DNA of 63,233 nt, filler included, from Octopus bimaculoides (taxonomy: Eukaryota), in NCBI RefSeq assembly GCF_001194135.2. It is 7 parts of 6 records of this genome, joined end to end, with 100 filler letters (N's around TTAATTAATTAA, not from the genome) between each part and the next. Parts side by side here need not be neighbours in the genome. Positions count along the whole stretch, not along the records: positions 49,331 to 58,786 come from NC_068991.1; positions 58,887 to 61,731 come from NC_068991.1; positions 61,832 to 63,233 come from NC_068981.1; 4 more parts are not named here. The stretch is one strand, 5' to 3'. This document shows, piece after piece, positions 51,101 to 63,233 of this stretch (positions are counted from its first letter, which is position 1; every line of letters begins with the position of its first letter). The position numbers and the translations under genes were made by a program. Below the pieces are notes generated by a model. That model searched no databases and was not told where the DNA came from. It saw only the letters and a program-made list of their open reading frames with translations.

Positions 51101-51322
51101 GCTTATGCTAAAATAAGAGTCAAATTAACTCCAAAGCCACAAATGCATTATACATAATGACTGATAAAGGGAGGTAAGTCCCGAGTGAGAGAAGGTGGTC
51201 TACACCAAAATTCGAAATCGCGATACGGCTATATACGCTAGAGACTTACCTCCCTTTGTCAGTCATTAAATATAGTGCTTTAGTGGCTTTGGGGTTAATT
51301 TAACTCTTATTTTAGAATAAGC
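51101..51322. repeat. Inverted repeat, about 80-bp arms, 62-bp spacer
   Basis: 51101-51180 vs 51243-51322 (e.g. ATGACTGATAAAGGGAGGTAAGTC / GACTTACCTCCCTTTGTCAGTCAT). Confidence 0.85.
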
Positions 51323-51554
51323 TGTGCTAGCCCGTACCGTTTTCTCTTCTTCCGTTTTACTTTGACATGAGCTTTACATGTTTATTCTACTCTTCGGTCT
51401 TATGAATTCAGTGTGCACATGCGCATTGCGTGTTCATACTTCTTTTTCCGGCTCCTATTCAAAACTGTTTATTTATCACAACCGTCTCACGAACTTGCAT
51501 ATCAGGCAACTAGCTTTCTGGTCGTTTGTTTCCACAAAGAAGTACTTTTCTCGA

Positions 51555-52825
51555 AAGTGTCGCTGTTATGAAAGAGTATCAATATTCGTCGTCACTACGA
51601 AGTAAAACATCTCTCAACACATTCTGAATATTCTGGAAAGTTGCGGTTCGAGAAATTTGAATCTATCAAACGTAGTTTGGAATCTCAAAGAAATTTCTTT
51701 ACGAAAAAGTTTGTTGGAAATAAATCTATCATTCGTATAAGTTACAAAATAGTGAATAAGTTGGCAGAGCGATGAAAAACATTTACTGACGAAAACTTTA
51801 TAAAAGAGTGCATGATGGAAGCAGCAAATGACTTGTGTCCTGAAAGAGCTAACATGTTTGGCTGTATCAGCCTTTCAGCAAGTTCAGTTGTGCGGAGAAT
51901 AGAAGAACTTGGAGAGAATATACAGTTACAGATACATGAGAAAGCTAAGAAATTTTTGTGGCATTCTCTTGCAATGGATGAGTCTGCTGATCTCTCTAGT
52001 ATGTCACAACTTCTTATGTTCATTCGTGGTGTTAATTGCAACTTTGAGATTATAGAAGAAATGGCATTCGTTTGCAGTTGTTGTTGTTGTTGGCACTCCG
52101 TCACTTACGACATCAAGGGTTCCAGTTGATCCGATCAACGGAACAGCTTGCTCTTGAAATTAACGTGCAAGTGGCTGAGCACTCCACACACACGTGTACC
52201 TTTAACGTAGTTCTCGGGGGTATTCAGCGTGACACAGAGTGTGAAAAAGCTGACCCTTTGAATTACAGGCACAACAGAAACAGGAAGTAAGAGTGAGAGA
52301 AAGTTGTGGTGGAAGAGTACAGCAGGGTTCACCACCATCCCCTGCCGGAGCCTCGTGAAGCTTTAGGTGTTTTCGCTCAATAAACACTCACAACGCCCGG
52401 TCTGGGAATCGAAACCGCGATCCTATGACCACGAGTCTGCTGCCCTAACCACCGGACCATTGCGCCTCCACTCCGTTTGCAGTATGCATGGAATAACAAC
52501 GATGGGAGAAGAAGAAAAAAACAAAAGCAGTCTTAGGCCTCGGTGTCAGATATTCTCGTTTTAATTGTAATCACTAATAACTGACGAGCCCGAGGCACAC
52601 GTGATGTACTGTAGTAATTATTATGCAATTATTATGTAATTATTATTAGTAATTATTATTATGGCACGTGAAATACATAGCGCGTGACGTAACTGACTCA
52701 GTAGATATACGACATGCGTAATCTAAGAAGAGTAAGAAGCAATAAAAAAGCATGTTTAATTATTTTCAGCATACGACGGCGGGCCGGACAAATTGACGTC
52801 GCGGACCGTAGTTTGGTGACTTGTG
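51555..52825 (+). mobile_element. hAT (GTF2IRD2/SPIN-like) transposase remnant, interrupted by a SINE and internally deleted
   Basis: VAVMKEY/NIRRHYEVKH..FIKECM..ISLSASSVVRRIEEL..SLAMDESADLS..QLLMFIRGV..CS|MHGITT; decayed right TIR AGTTTGGTGACTTGTG before CTCTAGAG. Confidence 0.85.
52079..52473 (-). mobile_element. Family F SINE, tail type 2, with 10-bp TSD
   Basis: CGTTTGCAGT at 52069-78 and 52474-83; (CAA)n tail. Confidence 0.9.
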
Positions 52826-52833
52826 CTCTAGAG

Positions 52834-53119
52834 CAAGGGTTTTCAAACTTTTTGACTTGCGGACCCCTTTATATTTCTGGCTTTACCTTATAAACGCTTA
52901 TGAAATTTATACATAAATATTTGCTTAAAATAACATATATTTTTACATTTATTTATTTAACAGTATTTAACAAATAGGTTTATTGTCAATTAAAAGATTT
53001 CGATTAAAAAAACATATATAAAATCAAATTGCCCATGAAAAGTATTTGCTGTCCACGGACACCCTGTCTTGTTCTTGCGGACCCCCTGTGGTCCGCGGAC
53101 CACAGTTTGAAAACCCCTG
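52834..53119. mobile_element. hAT MITE (286 bp) with 8-bp TSD
   Basis: CTCTAGAG|CAAGGGTTTTCAAACT ... AGTTTGAAAACCCCTG|TTCTAGAG. Confidence 0.9.
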
Positions 53120-53389
53120 TTCTAGAGGACCCCCACGTGTTTGTAACAAAATACCACCATAACTAAACTTTCTTTGCATTCTAAACAATGCACAGCAATA
53201 CACGCACACAGGCACGTACACACACACACACACACACACATAGAGCCACGCACGCGCACACAAACACACATACAATTCGTTATGACAACTAGAACTGATA
53301 CGCAAACACCATCTTCGCATCCTCACTTCTAGCTACACAAACACTTAACGAACAGTTCCCCAACTTTCCTCGGCTTAGCTACCAATTAT

Positions 53390-54610
53390 CACAACACATC
53401 AATGGAGAAAGCAAAAATACTTTAAAAAGAAACGACCAATAAACCGAGTTCTATCAAGTGAAAGAATCGAACTTTCAAGCAATTTCACTATAACATAATC
53501 ATAAATGCCGGCACAACAGCAGTTAATATATTTTAACAAAATGATTATAGACGCACCTAGAAGACGTATACCACAAGGCACAACATAAAAAGAACCAATT
53601 ACACGCCAGAAATAGCTGACCTCATAGAAAAACAGACACAACATCAGACATCGTATACTAAAACCACGCACGGTCAAATTGAAACTTAGCACTGAACAAC
53701 CAAACATAAAACGGAAACAAACGAATCATTGGAAAAACGAAACAGAATTTTGGCAAACATATATTTTTAATGTGAGCCACAAAACTAACTGTAAAACACT
53801 ATATATAGTAATTAATTACAGATGCAACAGCAACAACAACAACATTTACACTATATCTTGTGTCTTAATAACAAACTTATATAATGTACCCACACAACAC
53901 CAAGAATTTATCACAATTTCGAAGATATTTTTTTCGGAAAATAATTCGTTTTGAGGTTGTGAGTTGAAACTAAAGCAATTACAGCGGGGGAAGAGACCTT
54001 TTAGTTATTCAAAAACACAGAAAAGCTGTTAATTTTACTTAATCATTTATCATTTGGTGTTGCAAATTGTCGCCAAAAAATACTCACTGCAGCTGTTAAA
54101 AATCTGGGTCAGTGACGAGGTCAAATGTAAAGCGACGAAAAGTTTGACAGCCAAATAAGAAATGGTTACGTGAAGTTTTTTTATGATTTTGAATGGCTAA
54201 TGTATGTCTTCCACACTGTTATTTGTTTTCATCGAACATTACTCGAAAATCAGTCTCCAAGATCCAAACCCAAAGAAAAGAAATACAGATAGCGAAAGAG
54301 ACATATCATCCACTCTGATCATAATTTTCACGGCTTCCTTCCTTTAGGCGCCCAGAAAGGATTAGAGAAAGCTAAAGTCTCAATAACTTCAGGGAATAAC
54401 ACAAAAAAATATCACAAATGTACACCTAAAACACCTAGGGCTTCAATGAAATAATAAGCTCACCAACTATCCGTACCAACGCAATCAAATTTATAAGACC
54501 TAAAGTATGAATTCTCTTATAGCAATTGTAAAAATTACCAAAACTTCAGGTAAAGCAACATCATACATACCTATTACTCTTCTGCGCAAACTCTCAAAAG
54601 CTCTTGAAAA
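53390..54610 (+). mobile_element. Old, fragmented LINE (Jockey/I-like) RT-proximal remnant
   Basis: IAIVKITKTSGKATSYIPITLLRKLSKALEK (about 54520-54610) resembles the YRPISLLS.LSK.LEK motif; the upstream boundary is tentative. Confidence 0.5.
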
Positions 54611-54700
54611 GTCAATCTTTGGTTTCACTCAGCGCTGTACATAGCAACACAAACATCAGTGTACAAAGCCATACACACACACGCACACTCTCTCTCTTTA

Positions 54701-54752
<52 letters not shown>

Positions 54753-55296
54753 ACACACACATACTCATACGCACGCGTACACACAAACACGCGCGTAACT
54801 CACCATATCACAGCAAACCGCAATAAACCACCACACGGCTCACATCCTAAGGCAGAAAATGTGTGATGCATTAACAGCGGAAACCTCCCACATGTACAAT
54901 TCCAACTATATTCGACATCAGCAAACATTCCGACACATTTTTCTACTCTCTACTCATACAAACAAAAAAAGAAGAAAAAGCCAGCACCACCTTCAGAAAC
55001 AGCACAAAATGCTTGCTTGCAAATTACCTGTTATGCCCGCCAACCATTTGTAGCGTACAAGAAGAGCACTTCCAGAGCCTGTAATTTCGCAGCTGGAGTG
55101 CTACAAGTATCTGCCCACTCACTAAAACTTTTCAACCTATATTTTTATTATCTGCAGAATTATTTCCGGACTTAGTGCGCCAGATTGAAGACATTTGAAA
55201 TGATACACTGAATGTAATTTGTAGAACTATACACGTGCTCCCTTTCGGGTAGACGTCTTGTGTCTAGTTCTGGAAATTGCATTGCGAATCGACGGA

Positions 55297-55361
55297 CTAC
55301 GCTGACGATCCTGCAGATATTTACTTATGTAAATTTTAACAGGGGAAACCATGGTACGTAG
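55297..55361 (+). ncRNA. Minimal type-I hammerhead ribozyme (intact core, GUA site)
   Basis: CTACG-CTGACGA-TCCTG..CAGGG-GAAA-CCATGG-TA-CGTAG. Confidence 0.8.
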
Positions 55362-56329
55362 GTTAATCGTTTTTTTTTTTTTTATTTGGTATTTTTTCAT
55401 TTGTCTCGCCCTTTTACAGTCTGTTGTGTCGCTGAATTTTTACTGAGAGCATATATTTTTTTTGTTTCGTGGTTAGATGATTCGGCATCTATTTCTAGCA
55501 TATAGGAGTCCACTTTTGCTGGTCATTCCTCTTATTTTTGTATGTATATTTTTTCTACTATAGGCACAAGGCTGGAAAATTAGGTGAGTGGGGATAGTCG
55601 ATTACATCGATCCCTGCACTCAACTGATACTTGTTTTATCGACCCCGAAAGGATGTAAGGCGAAGTTAACCTTGGTGGGATTTGAACGCAGGACATAAAC
55701 ACGGGCGAAAATACAGCTAAGCATTTCGCTTGACGTGCTAACGATTCCGCCAGCTCACCACCTTACACATATCAACACGGCTTTCATAAACCTCGTTATC
55801 TTGGGTCAGTGTTTTCTACTACATCTCCGGGCTGACCAATACCTTGTGAGTGAAATCTGGTAGACAGAAACTGTGTGGAAGCACAACGAATGTACATGTG
55901 TGTGTGTATGTATGCTTTGTGTTAGTCATTGTACCCCGTTGTTCCCCTTCCCTACCGTTCGACGATCGTTGTTGGTTTACTTACATACGCGTAACTTAAC
56001 GGTTCGGCAAAACACCCCTGTATAATATACACCAACCATGAAAAATATGTAATTGAATTGTAAATTTTCGACTAAAAGTAACCTTCAAGGTGGTGCTCAA
56101 GAATAACCGAAATCCTTTGACTCCAACAAGTAAGCGGTAAAAGATGCGAATATTAGAGTTATCTACCTTGTTGTATGTAGAAGAGTAATTACTTTTGTGA
56201 TCGTCGTCGCCTTTGTCTTGTATCCGAGAATTAATTTTCTTTGCTGAAAGCTTCCTTTATGGTGGTGCCATTGATGACTCTGTAGACCAATTCTTGCGTA
56301 GAAGAGTCAACGGCAATGACCGCAAGGTA

Positions 56330-56740
56330 ATGTTGATGGAGGACGAAGTTTATTTTGTCGAACCTTTTCCTTCTGCCGTCTGATTTCTTCCTTTTCTCTC
56401 CTGGTGGCTTCAAAGATTTTGGTTCCGATGGTAATGGAATACCATCACTTGGTACGGTCTCGGGCTTGTATTTCACACAATTTAGGCTCAATTCCAGTGG
56501 CTTTCAGTGTTGCTTTGAGTTGGTCCATGTATCTCCGAAGATGGGCAACTCCGTGATTTTCCGGAAGTGAGTTCGCTGAATAAGAATTGATGTGGGAACT
56601 TTGACTCTTCTATTTTTGCTACATGTCCTGACCATGGAAGGCAGTGTTTCATGGTCAGGGATTCGATACTTTGACTGTAGGCTCTTCCCAGGACTTTGTT
56701 GTTGGTCACATAGCGTTCCCATTCGATGCACGAGATTGAA
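56330..56740 (-). mobile_element. RTE/BovB-like C-terminal fragment
   Basis: TNNKVLGRAYSQSIESLTMKHCLPWSGHVAKIEESKFPHQFLFSELTSGKSR. Confidence 0.75.
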
Positions 56741-57593
56741 AGAAGCTTTTTGTTGGTGAACGCGTTCGAATTTTTTAATGTCGCGACGATTTCAGTTAAT
56801 TTTTGTATACGAACAGAATTCGACTAAATTCGATGAGCTGATTTTTAACAAAATAGAAACTCTACCAGACTGAATACTGAGATTTAATTGACTAAAACTG
56901 CTGAAGACAGTGCACCAGCCTGGCCGGAATCTAGTGATTAAAATCACGAAAAACGCAAATATAAATATATTTTTAGAACTTCAATAATCACGAAATGAAA
57001 CAGACACAACAAAACCAAAACACGGAGACATTTTCTTTTTAAAGATCAACAATACCAAAAGGAAAACAAATCCGAAAACAAGTGTCGTTTTAAAAAAATT
57101 AAATAAATTAACACAGAAATGAAATAAATAATAAAATTATATTTTTAAAAAAGCACAAATAAAAACAAACATTCTTGCCAACATATTTTCAGGAAAATAA
57201 ATAAACATAAAAATAATGAAAACCCCACAAAAATATCTTTGATAAAAATAAATCCAACTTGATAAACAAATTTATTTTTTCCGTTCAAATTTTTGTTTGT
57301 TTGTTTCATTCTTCATTTTTATTTTTAGTTAATTATTTATTTATCTATTTATTGAGCTGGCAGTATCGTTAGAGCGTCGAACGAAGTACTTTGCAGTACT
57401 TGTTCTAGTTCTTTACCTTCTGTGTTCAAATCCTACCATGGTCGACTTTACAATTCATTCTTCACAAAGTTGATGAAATAAAAAGCCAGTCTTAGGTTCA
57501 AGTAATCTTCTGACCTCCCTTAAAAATTGCTAAATCAGAAACCATTGTGCCTAAATCAGAAATTATTATTATTATTATTATTATTATTACGGC

Positions 57594-58006
57594 TGCTGTT
57601 GTTGTTGTTACTATTCGAACTGACAGAATCGGCAGTAGCAGCGGAAACTTGGACCTAGGTTAGAAACCGGTTCTTTCTTTATTGGTAAGAAATCTTGCAT
57701 GGAATAAATATAGAGAATCCCCCTGTTACTGGATACGTACACACACTTCTTTCTACACAATGAAAATTGCTGAAATATCTCCATCAAAACTTCTGTCAAG
57801 CTATAAAAACAGAAACAGGAAGAAAGAGTGAGAGAAAGTTGTGGTGAAAGAGTACAGCAGGGTTCGCCACCATCCCCTGCCGGAGCCTCGTCGAATATTA
57901 GGTGTTTTCGCTCAATAAACACTCACAACGCCCGGTCTGGGAATCGAAACTGCAATCCTACGACCGCGAGTCCGCTGCCCTAACCACTAGGCCATTGTGC
58001 CTCCAC
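57594..58006 (-). mobile_element. Family F SINE, tail type 3
   Basis: About 195 nt of head and body match 21390-21582 and 52277-52470; 57611-57810 is unrelated to the other two tails. Confidence 0.8.
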
Positions 58007-58730
58007 ACATACATACATACATACATACATACATGCAAATACAGTGACCAAACAATATTGTACGAAAGTGTAGTCGTCTATATCACGTGATTGTTATTTA
58101 TTCCTGCTGATAGCTAAATCAAAGATTTGTACACTCCCCGCACACACTAAATGCTATAATTTCCGTGTACTTTCTTACATTTGTCAAACTTCCCCAATCA
58201 ATAATTTTGCTCCTGCACCACGCATTAAATTTTCTCTTCTTTATGCGGTACATATATTACATTATATTATATTTTCTCTTCAGAAATATTTCTGACAATA
58301 TAAACCGAAGGACATTAATTCTGCGGCGTTTGATGTGTTGCTCCTAAAATTTAACTGTTGGAGACTATCCGAGCGTTATACTTACAATTGTATACATTTT
58401 ACTCGTTTCACTCATTGGAAAGCGGCCATGCTGAAGCGAGGCATTCAAGACACTTTTAATCGATCGTAACTGAGTTTAGTACATATTTCTGTTTCGTAAT
58501 TATTTGTATTGATCTCTATGTAGAAAAAGAGGCAAAATTGCTGGTTTCAAATATGTGTGTGTATGTATGTTTGAGAGAGAGGGGTAGACGTAAATATAGA
58601 GGTGTGAGTATGAGTGTGTGTGTGTGTGTGTGTTTATATTTGACTGTACTCTTACCGCTAGAGAACGCTGTCGGTTTATTCAAATTGTCGTAATATTCGT
58701 GGTTCAGCAAAAGATACAGATGGAATAAGG

Positions 58731-58786
<56 letters not shown>

Positions 58787-59134
58787 NNNNNNNNNNNNNN
58801 NNNNNNNNNNNNNNNNNNNNNNNNNNNNNNTTAATTAATTAANNNNNNNNNNNNNNNNNNNNNNNNNNNNNNNNNNNNNNNNNNNNAAACACACCAGTAT
58901 CGGTTGTCAAGCGATGTTGGGGGGACAAACACAGACACACATACACACATATATATATATATACATATATACGATGGGCTTCTTTCAGTTTCCGTCTACC
59001 AAATCCACTCACAAGACTTTGGTCGGCCTGAGGCTATAGTAGAAGACACTTGCCCAAGGTGCCACGCAGTGGGACTGAACCTGGAACCATGTGGTTTGTA
59101 AGCAAGCTACTTACCACACAGCCGCTCCTGCGCC

Positions 59135-59167
<33 letters not shown>

Positions 59168-59468
59168 TGAGAGTGAGAGACAAACAGTGAGATACAAGTT
59201 TAATATAAGAAGAGAGATCACTCAATATGAGATTATTAGAATATAATTATGTAATGCAATCTACCATAGTTTACATGCTGCAGCCTGTTTCATGTATTCT
59301 GTCATAATTACATAATACACTCATAAAGTTTACTGGAACTCCCAAAACACCAAAACATCATCTTTTCTGTATTTTTTTGGGTGGGGGATATGTATTAAGT
59401 GAATTTAACATTCATATTGTTACCTAAAAGCATTTCCAAAATAAGCAAGTAAAAAAAAAACTTTAAGT

Positions 59469-59678
59469 AGGAATTCAACCTGTTTGTTGCAAGAATCAGT
59501 TTTGTTATCCTACCACCTATGATAGGCACAGTTAATTCAGTAATTCGGTAACTATACAAGTCATTTTATGGAATGTGATCTATCTCAGGAGTTGAACCTG
59601 TTCGCTGCAAGAATCAGTTCTGTTACTCTACCTCCTTTGACATGTATGGTTAATTCAGTAAACTATACAAGTCGTTTT
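59469..59678. repeat. Tandem duplication, about 118-bp period, 2 diverged copies
   Basis: AGGAATTCAACCTGTTTGTTGCAAGAATCAG.. vs AGGAGTTGAACCTGTTCGCTGCAAGAATCAG.. Confidence 0.75.
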
Positions 59679-61697
59679 TTCGCTTTTTGACCTGTCCTCT
59701 CGTGACCTTGAAGAAGTTGAGATAACTTGTATCTATACACTTGAGATTTCTTATCAGAAAGTAACCAACTGAAGTATTATCAATTACCACAGTAAAGGCC
59801 TGTCAAATTTTGCTTTAGTAGAATCTTTAGCACACTGGACAGAATGCTTAGTGTCATTTCTTCTGGTTCGTTACAATGCTAAGCTCAAATCCCACAGGAG
59901 TCAACTTTGCCTTTAATCCTTCGATGGTTGGTAAAATAAATACCAGATGATTACTGAGGTCAGTGTAATCAATTTAGCTCCTCCCCTAAAATTTCTGGCC
60001 TTCAACCAAATTTGAAACAAAAACCTTTACTTCTATGTACTGTGTTCAAATCTCTCTCAGATTAAATTTTGCCTTTCACCTTCATCATCATCATCGTTTA
60101 ACGTCCGCTTTCCATGCTAGCATGGGTTGGACGATTTGACTGAGGTCTGGTGAAACCGGATGGCAACACCAGGCTCCAATCTGATTTGGCAGAGTTTCTA
60201 CAGCTGGATGCCCTTCCTAACGCCAACCACTCAGAGAGTGTAGTGGGTGCTTTTACATGTCACCCGCACGAAGGCCAGTCAGGCGGTACTGGCAACGGCC
60301 ATGCTCAAAATGGTGTATTTTATGTGCCACCCACACAAGAGCCAGTCCAGGGGCACTGGCAACGATCTCAGGTCAATATCTTATAGTGATTATAATCAAG
60401 GTAGTGGATGACAGAACTGGTAAAATACCTCGAAAAAACCTTGCAACGTTTAATTATTCAGCTTTATGTCCAAAGTTCAAATCACAACAGAGATGATCAA
60501 TGAAATTATCCTCTGAGGATGATCAGTGAAATAAGAAACAGACAGTTATTAGGTTTAATGGTATTGATGAATCTGCTCCCTTCAAATTTGCTGGGTTTGT
60601 GCCCAAATTAGAAACGATTAGAATTATTAATATTAAGATTTGTGGTTTGGTAGAACTGCTTAAACATAGGGCACAATGCTATGCAAAATTTCTTATGGGC
60701 CTTTACATTCTGAGCTCAAATTTTGCCACGCTCAACTTAGCCTTTCATCTCACCAGGGTTGATAAAATAACATATCAGCGCACTCAATTAGTAAAGTTAA
60801 ATTATGTAATGCAATCATACATTTCATGTATTATCTCATAAATTACATAATACAAGCATCAAATACTTGGGAACTCAAAACATATCTTTCTTCTTCTTCT
60901 TCATCTTCTTTAGAAGAAGAAGATAGAGAGAGAGGGGGAGAGAGAGGGGGAGAGAGGGAGGGAGAGAGGGGGGAGAGAGAGAGAAACATCATCATATTTA
61001 CAACCGCTTTCCATGCTGGCATGAGTTTAATGTTTTGACAGGATCCAATGGATCAGGGGGCCACATCTTGCTCCAGTCTCTCAGTTTTGGCATGGCTTCT
61101 ATAGCTGGATGACTTTCCTAGTGTCAGCCACATTGCTGAGTGCACTGAGTGCTTTATACAAGGCATAAGCATGAGTGTGATTGCCTTGCAAATTGCAAAA
61201 CTACAGAGGTCTCTGGACAGACAGAGAGAACAGATAGTGTAGTCTTTTAAAATGAAGTGTTGAGAGTTTTTGAAGTATGATAGAAAGAGAAGGGTCGGGT
61301 TTATTGTTGTGGAGAAGATTCATGGCTATATTGGCATATGCTGAATAGTGGTACAGTATGGGCAGATTTTTGAAATCCAATGAACCTTTATACAAATATA
61401 CCTTTTTAAAGGGATGTGATAAACCTATTATAATAGATAATACTAAGTGTACTTTTTCTTTTGTGATGTAACCTTTGGACTAAAAATGTTTGCGGCTGAA
61501 GAGAGCTTTAAACCATCTTTTATATCAATAATATACCTATGATGATGTAATAACAGATTGTTTATAAAGCTTGAAACACATGTACAGCGGTATCCTTTGT
61601 GTTCTGTTTTCAATTTATGTTCGATATATTCTCTCACCTCTGCCACTATCTGGCATATACAGGTGCTTACACTTATCAAGTATTACCTCAAAACTTA

Positions 61698-61731
<34 letters not shown>

Positions 61732-62501
61732 NNNNNNNNNNNNNNNNNNNNNNNNNNNNNNNNNNNNNNNNNNNNTTAATTAATTAANNNNNNNNNNNNN
61801 NNNNNNNNNNNNNNNNNNNNNNNNNNNNNNNTATATATATATCAGTTTATATCTATGTCAGTATCTATCTACGCACACCCATTTACACACACATGTGTAT
61901 GTTTCTACTGGTTATGGAAGCTGTGAAGTTTTCGGTGCAACTATCGCCCGCTATAGCGCAATATCTATTAAATATCTTATTATATCTATGGTCTACAGGG
62001 AAATGCTTCTTTATAATATTTATGAAAACCTGGTAACATTGGAACGCATATTCTAACTAAAGGCAGTATTACGCCATGCAATATTCATTTCTTATTGCGT
62101 CTATGAATCTTATTGTTGTTTTGCATAATGCTTTCTATCTTGTAGCCACTATATTTTAATGCGTCATTATATTAAAGAGAAGAAAGGTTAAAGGACTCCT
62201 CGTTAAGGGATGAACTGGTTACATGCATACTAATGTTAACGACGTTTTTATGCACTATCATGGGACACTTAAAATTTACTGGGTTTACTACAAAGGCAGT
62301 ATTAGTAGCACCTAAACCTAAAGTGTATGGGGCTAATGTCTCCCTTGCAGTGAAACAAATAGCAGCATAGGGCTTACTGAAAATTTCTCTTTAAGAATAT
62401 TCTTTCTGTCTTTCTGTCTCAATATATATATATGACCTTAGAGTCCCTCATAGCGTGAGGCATTCATGCATAGTAATGCCCTTATNNNNNNNNNNACGTA
62501 G

Positions 62502-62547
<46 letters not shown>

Positions 62548-62923
62548 AATCAGTCATTTTCCAAAACTTCTCTTTAGCTAGTTAATATTCTGCTCTGATG
62601 TCTGCTGGAAGTATCTCTTACCAGTGTATCGTTCCTTAACTTTAGTAGGGACAGACAGACAGACACATGTATACAGTAGAGAAAAGTTGTGAAGTTGTTG
62701 ACTTTATGTCGTATCAGAATGTTTAAACAGAGAGAAAAAAAAAACAAAACAAATACAAACGAAACAAAACAGATATCAAAGTGATATCTTTACTTTTAAC
62801 GAAGATGCATGGAGTTGTAACATAACAAAGATAACACTTTTCAAGGCCATTAGAGCCAGTAGTGTGTTTGACAAGCGTTGTGAATACGGGCAAAACCGCA
62901 CGAATTATTATTATTATTATTAC

Positions 62924-62977
<54 letters not shown>

Positions 62978-63233
62978 ACATATTTTCGCTTTGCTGAGAG
63001 AAACATAACAAAACACCAACCTCAAAAGCAACGACAACCGCAGCGACAGCAACAGCAACAAAAACAAAAGAGGTATTTTATAGTAGATCGAAAACTATTG
63101 GTTGCCTGACTTCAAGCCTTGCAAACATTAAAAGCATCTTTTGATGTTTTAGTTTAATACTCAGTAAACCATACCATCTAATATTAACGGCCATCTGGCT
63201 GTATATGTTATTACATAAACGTTCTAGCAAATA

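Noticed and set aside
60925-60980. G-rich tract with G-quadruplex potential
   Set aside because: Ordinary (GA)n-derived low complexity.
61200-61680. Possible third GIY-YIG remnant on the minus strand
   Set aside because: Similarity too weak to support by eye.

Overview
Eukaryotic, AT-rich, microsatellite- and retroelement-dense draft-assembly DNA with many N gaps and artificial TTAATTAATTAA scaffold spacers. The SINE repertoire (tRNA-head/CORE-like SINEs with internal microsatellites) looks like an octopus/coleoid cephalopod genome; this taxon call is recognition from memory, not a database result. One host gene is well supported: three phase-compatible + strand exons (8330-8729, 10748-10907, 12828-13940) encoding a PTB/PH-like domain plus a long Ser-rich disordered tail. 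A single possible minus-strand rhodanese-like exon lies at 48382-48487. The rest is mobile DNA: two divergent Tx1/L1-type LINEs (one near full length, one apparently ORF1-only), RTE pieces, Penelope-like (GIY-YIG) remnants, four mariner remnants, a hAT transposase remnant, MITEs and dozens of SINEs. The most striking unannotated signal is five minimal type-I hammerhead-ribozyme folds with palindromic stem III. Two have an intact catalytic core (21917-22006 +, 55297-55361 +) and three are degenerate. There are also several fold-back palindromes, a modular SINE with three swapped tails, and decayed pentamer arrays flanking the gene. All coordinates were counted by hand; repeat boundaries are approximate (about +/-10-20 nt).
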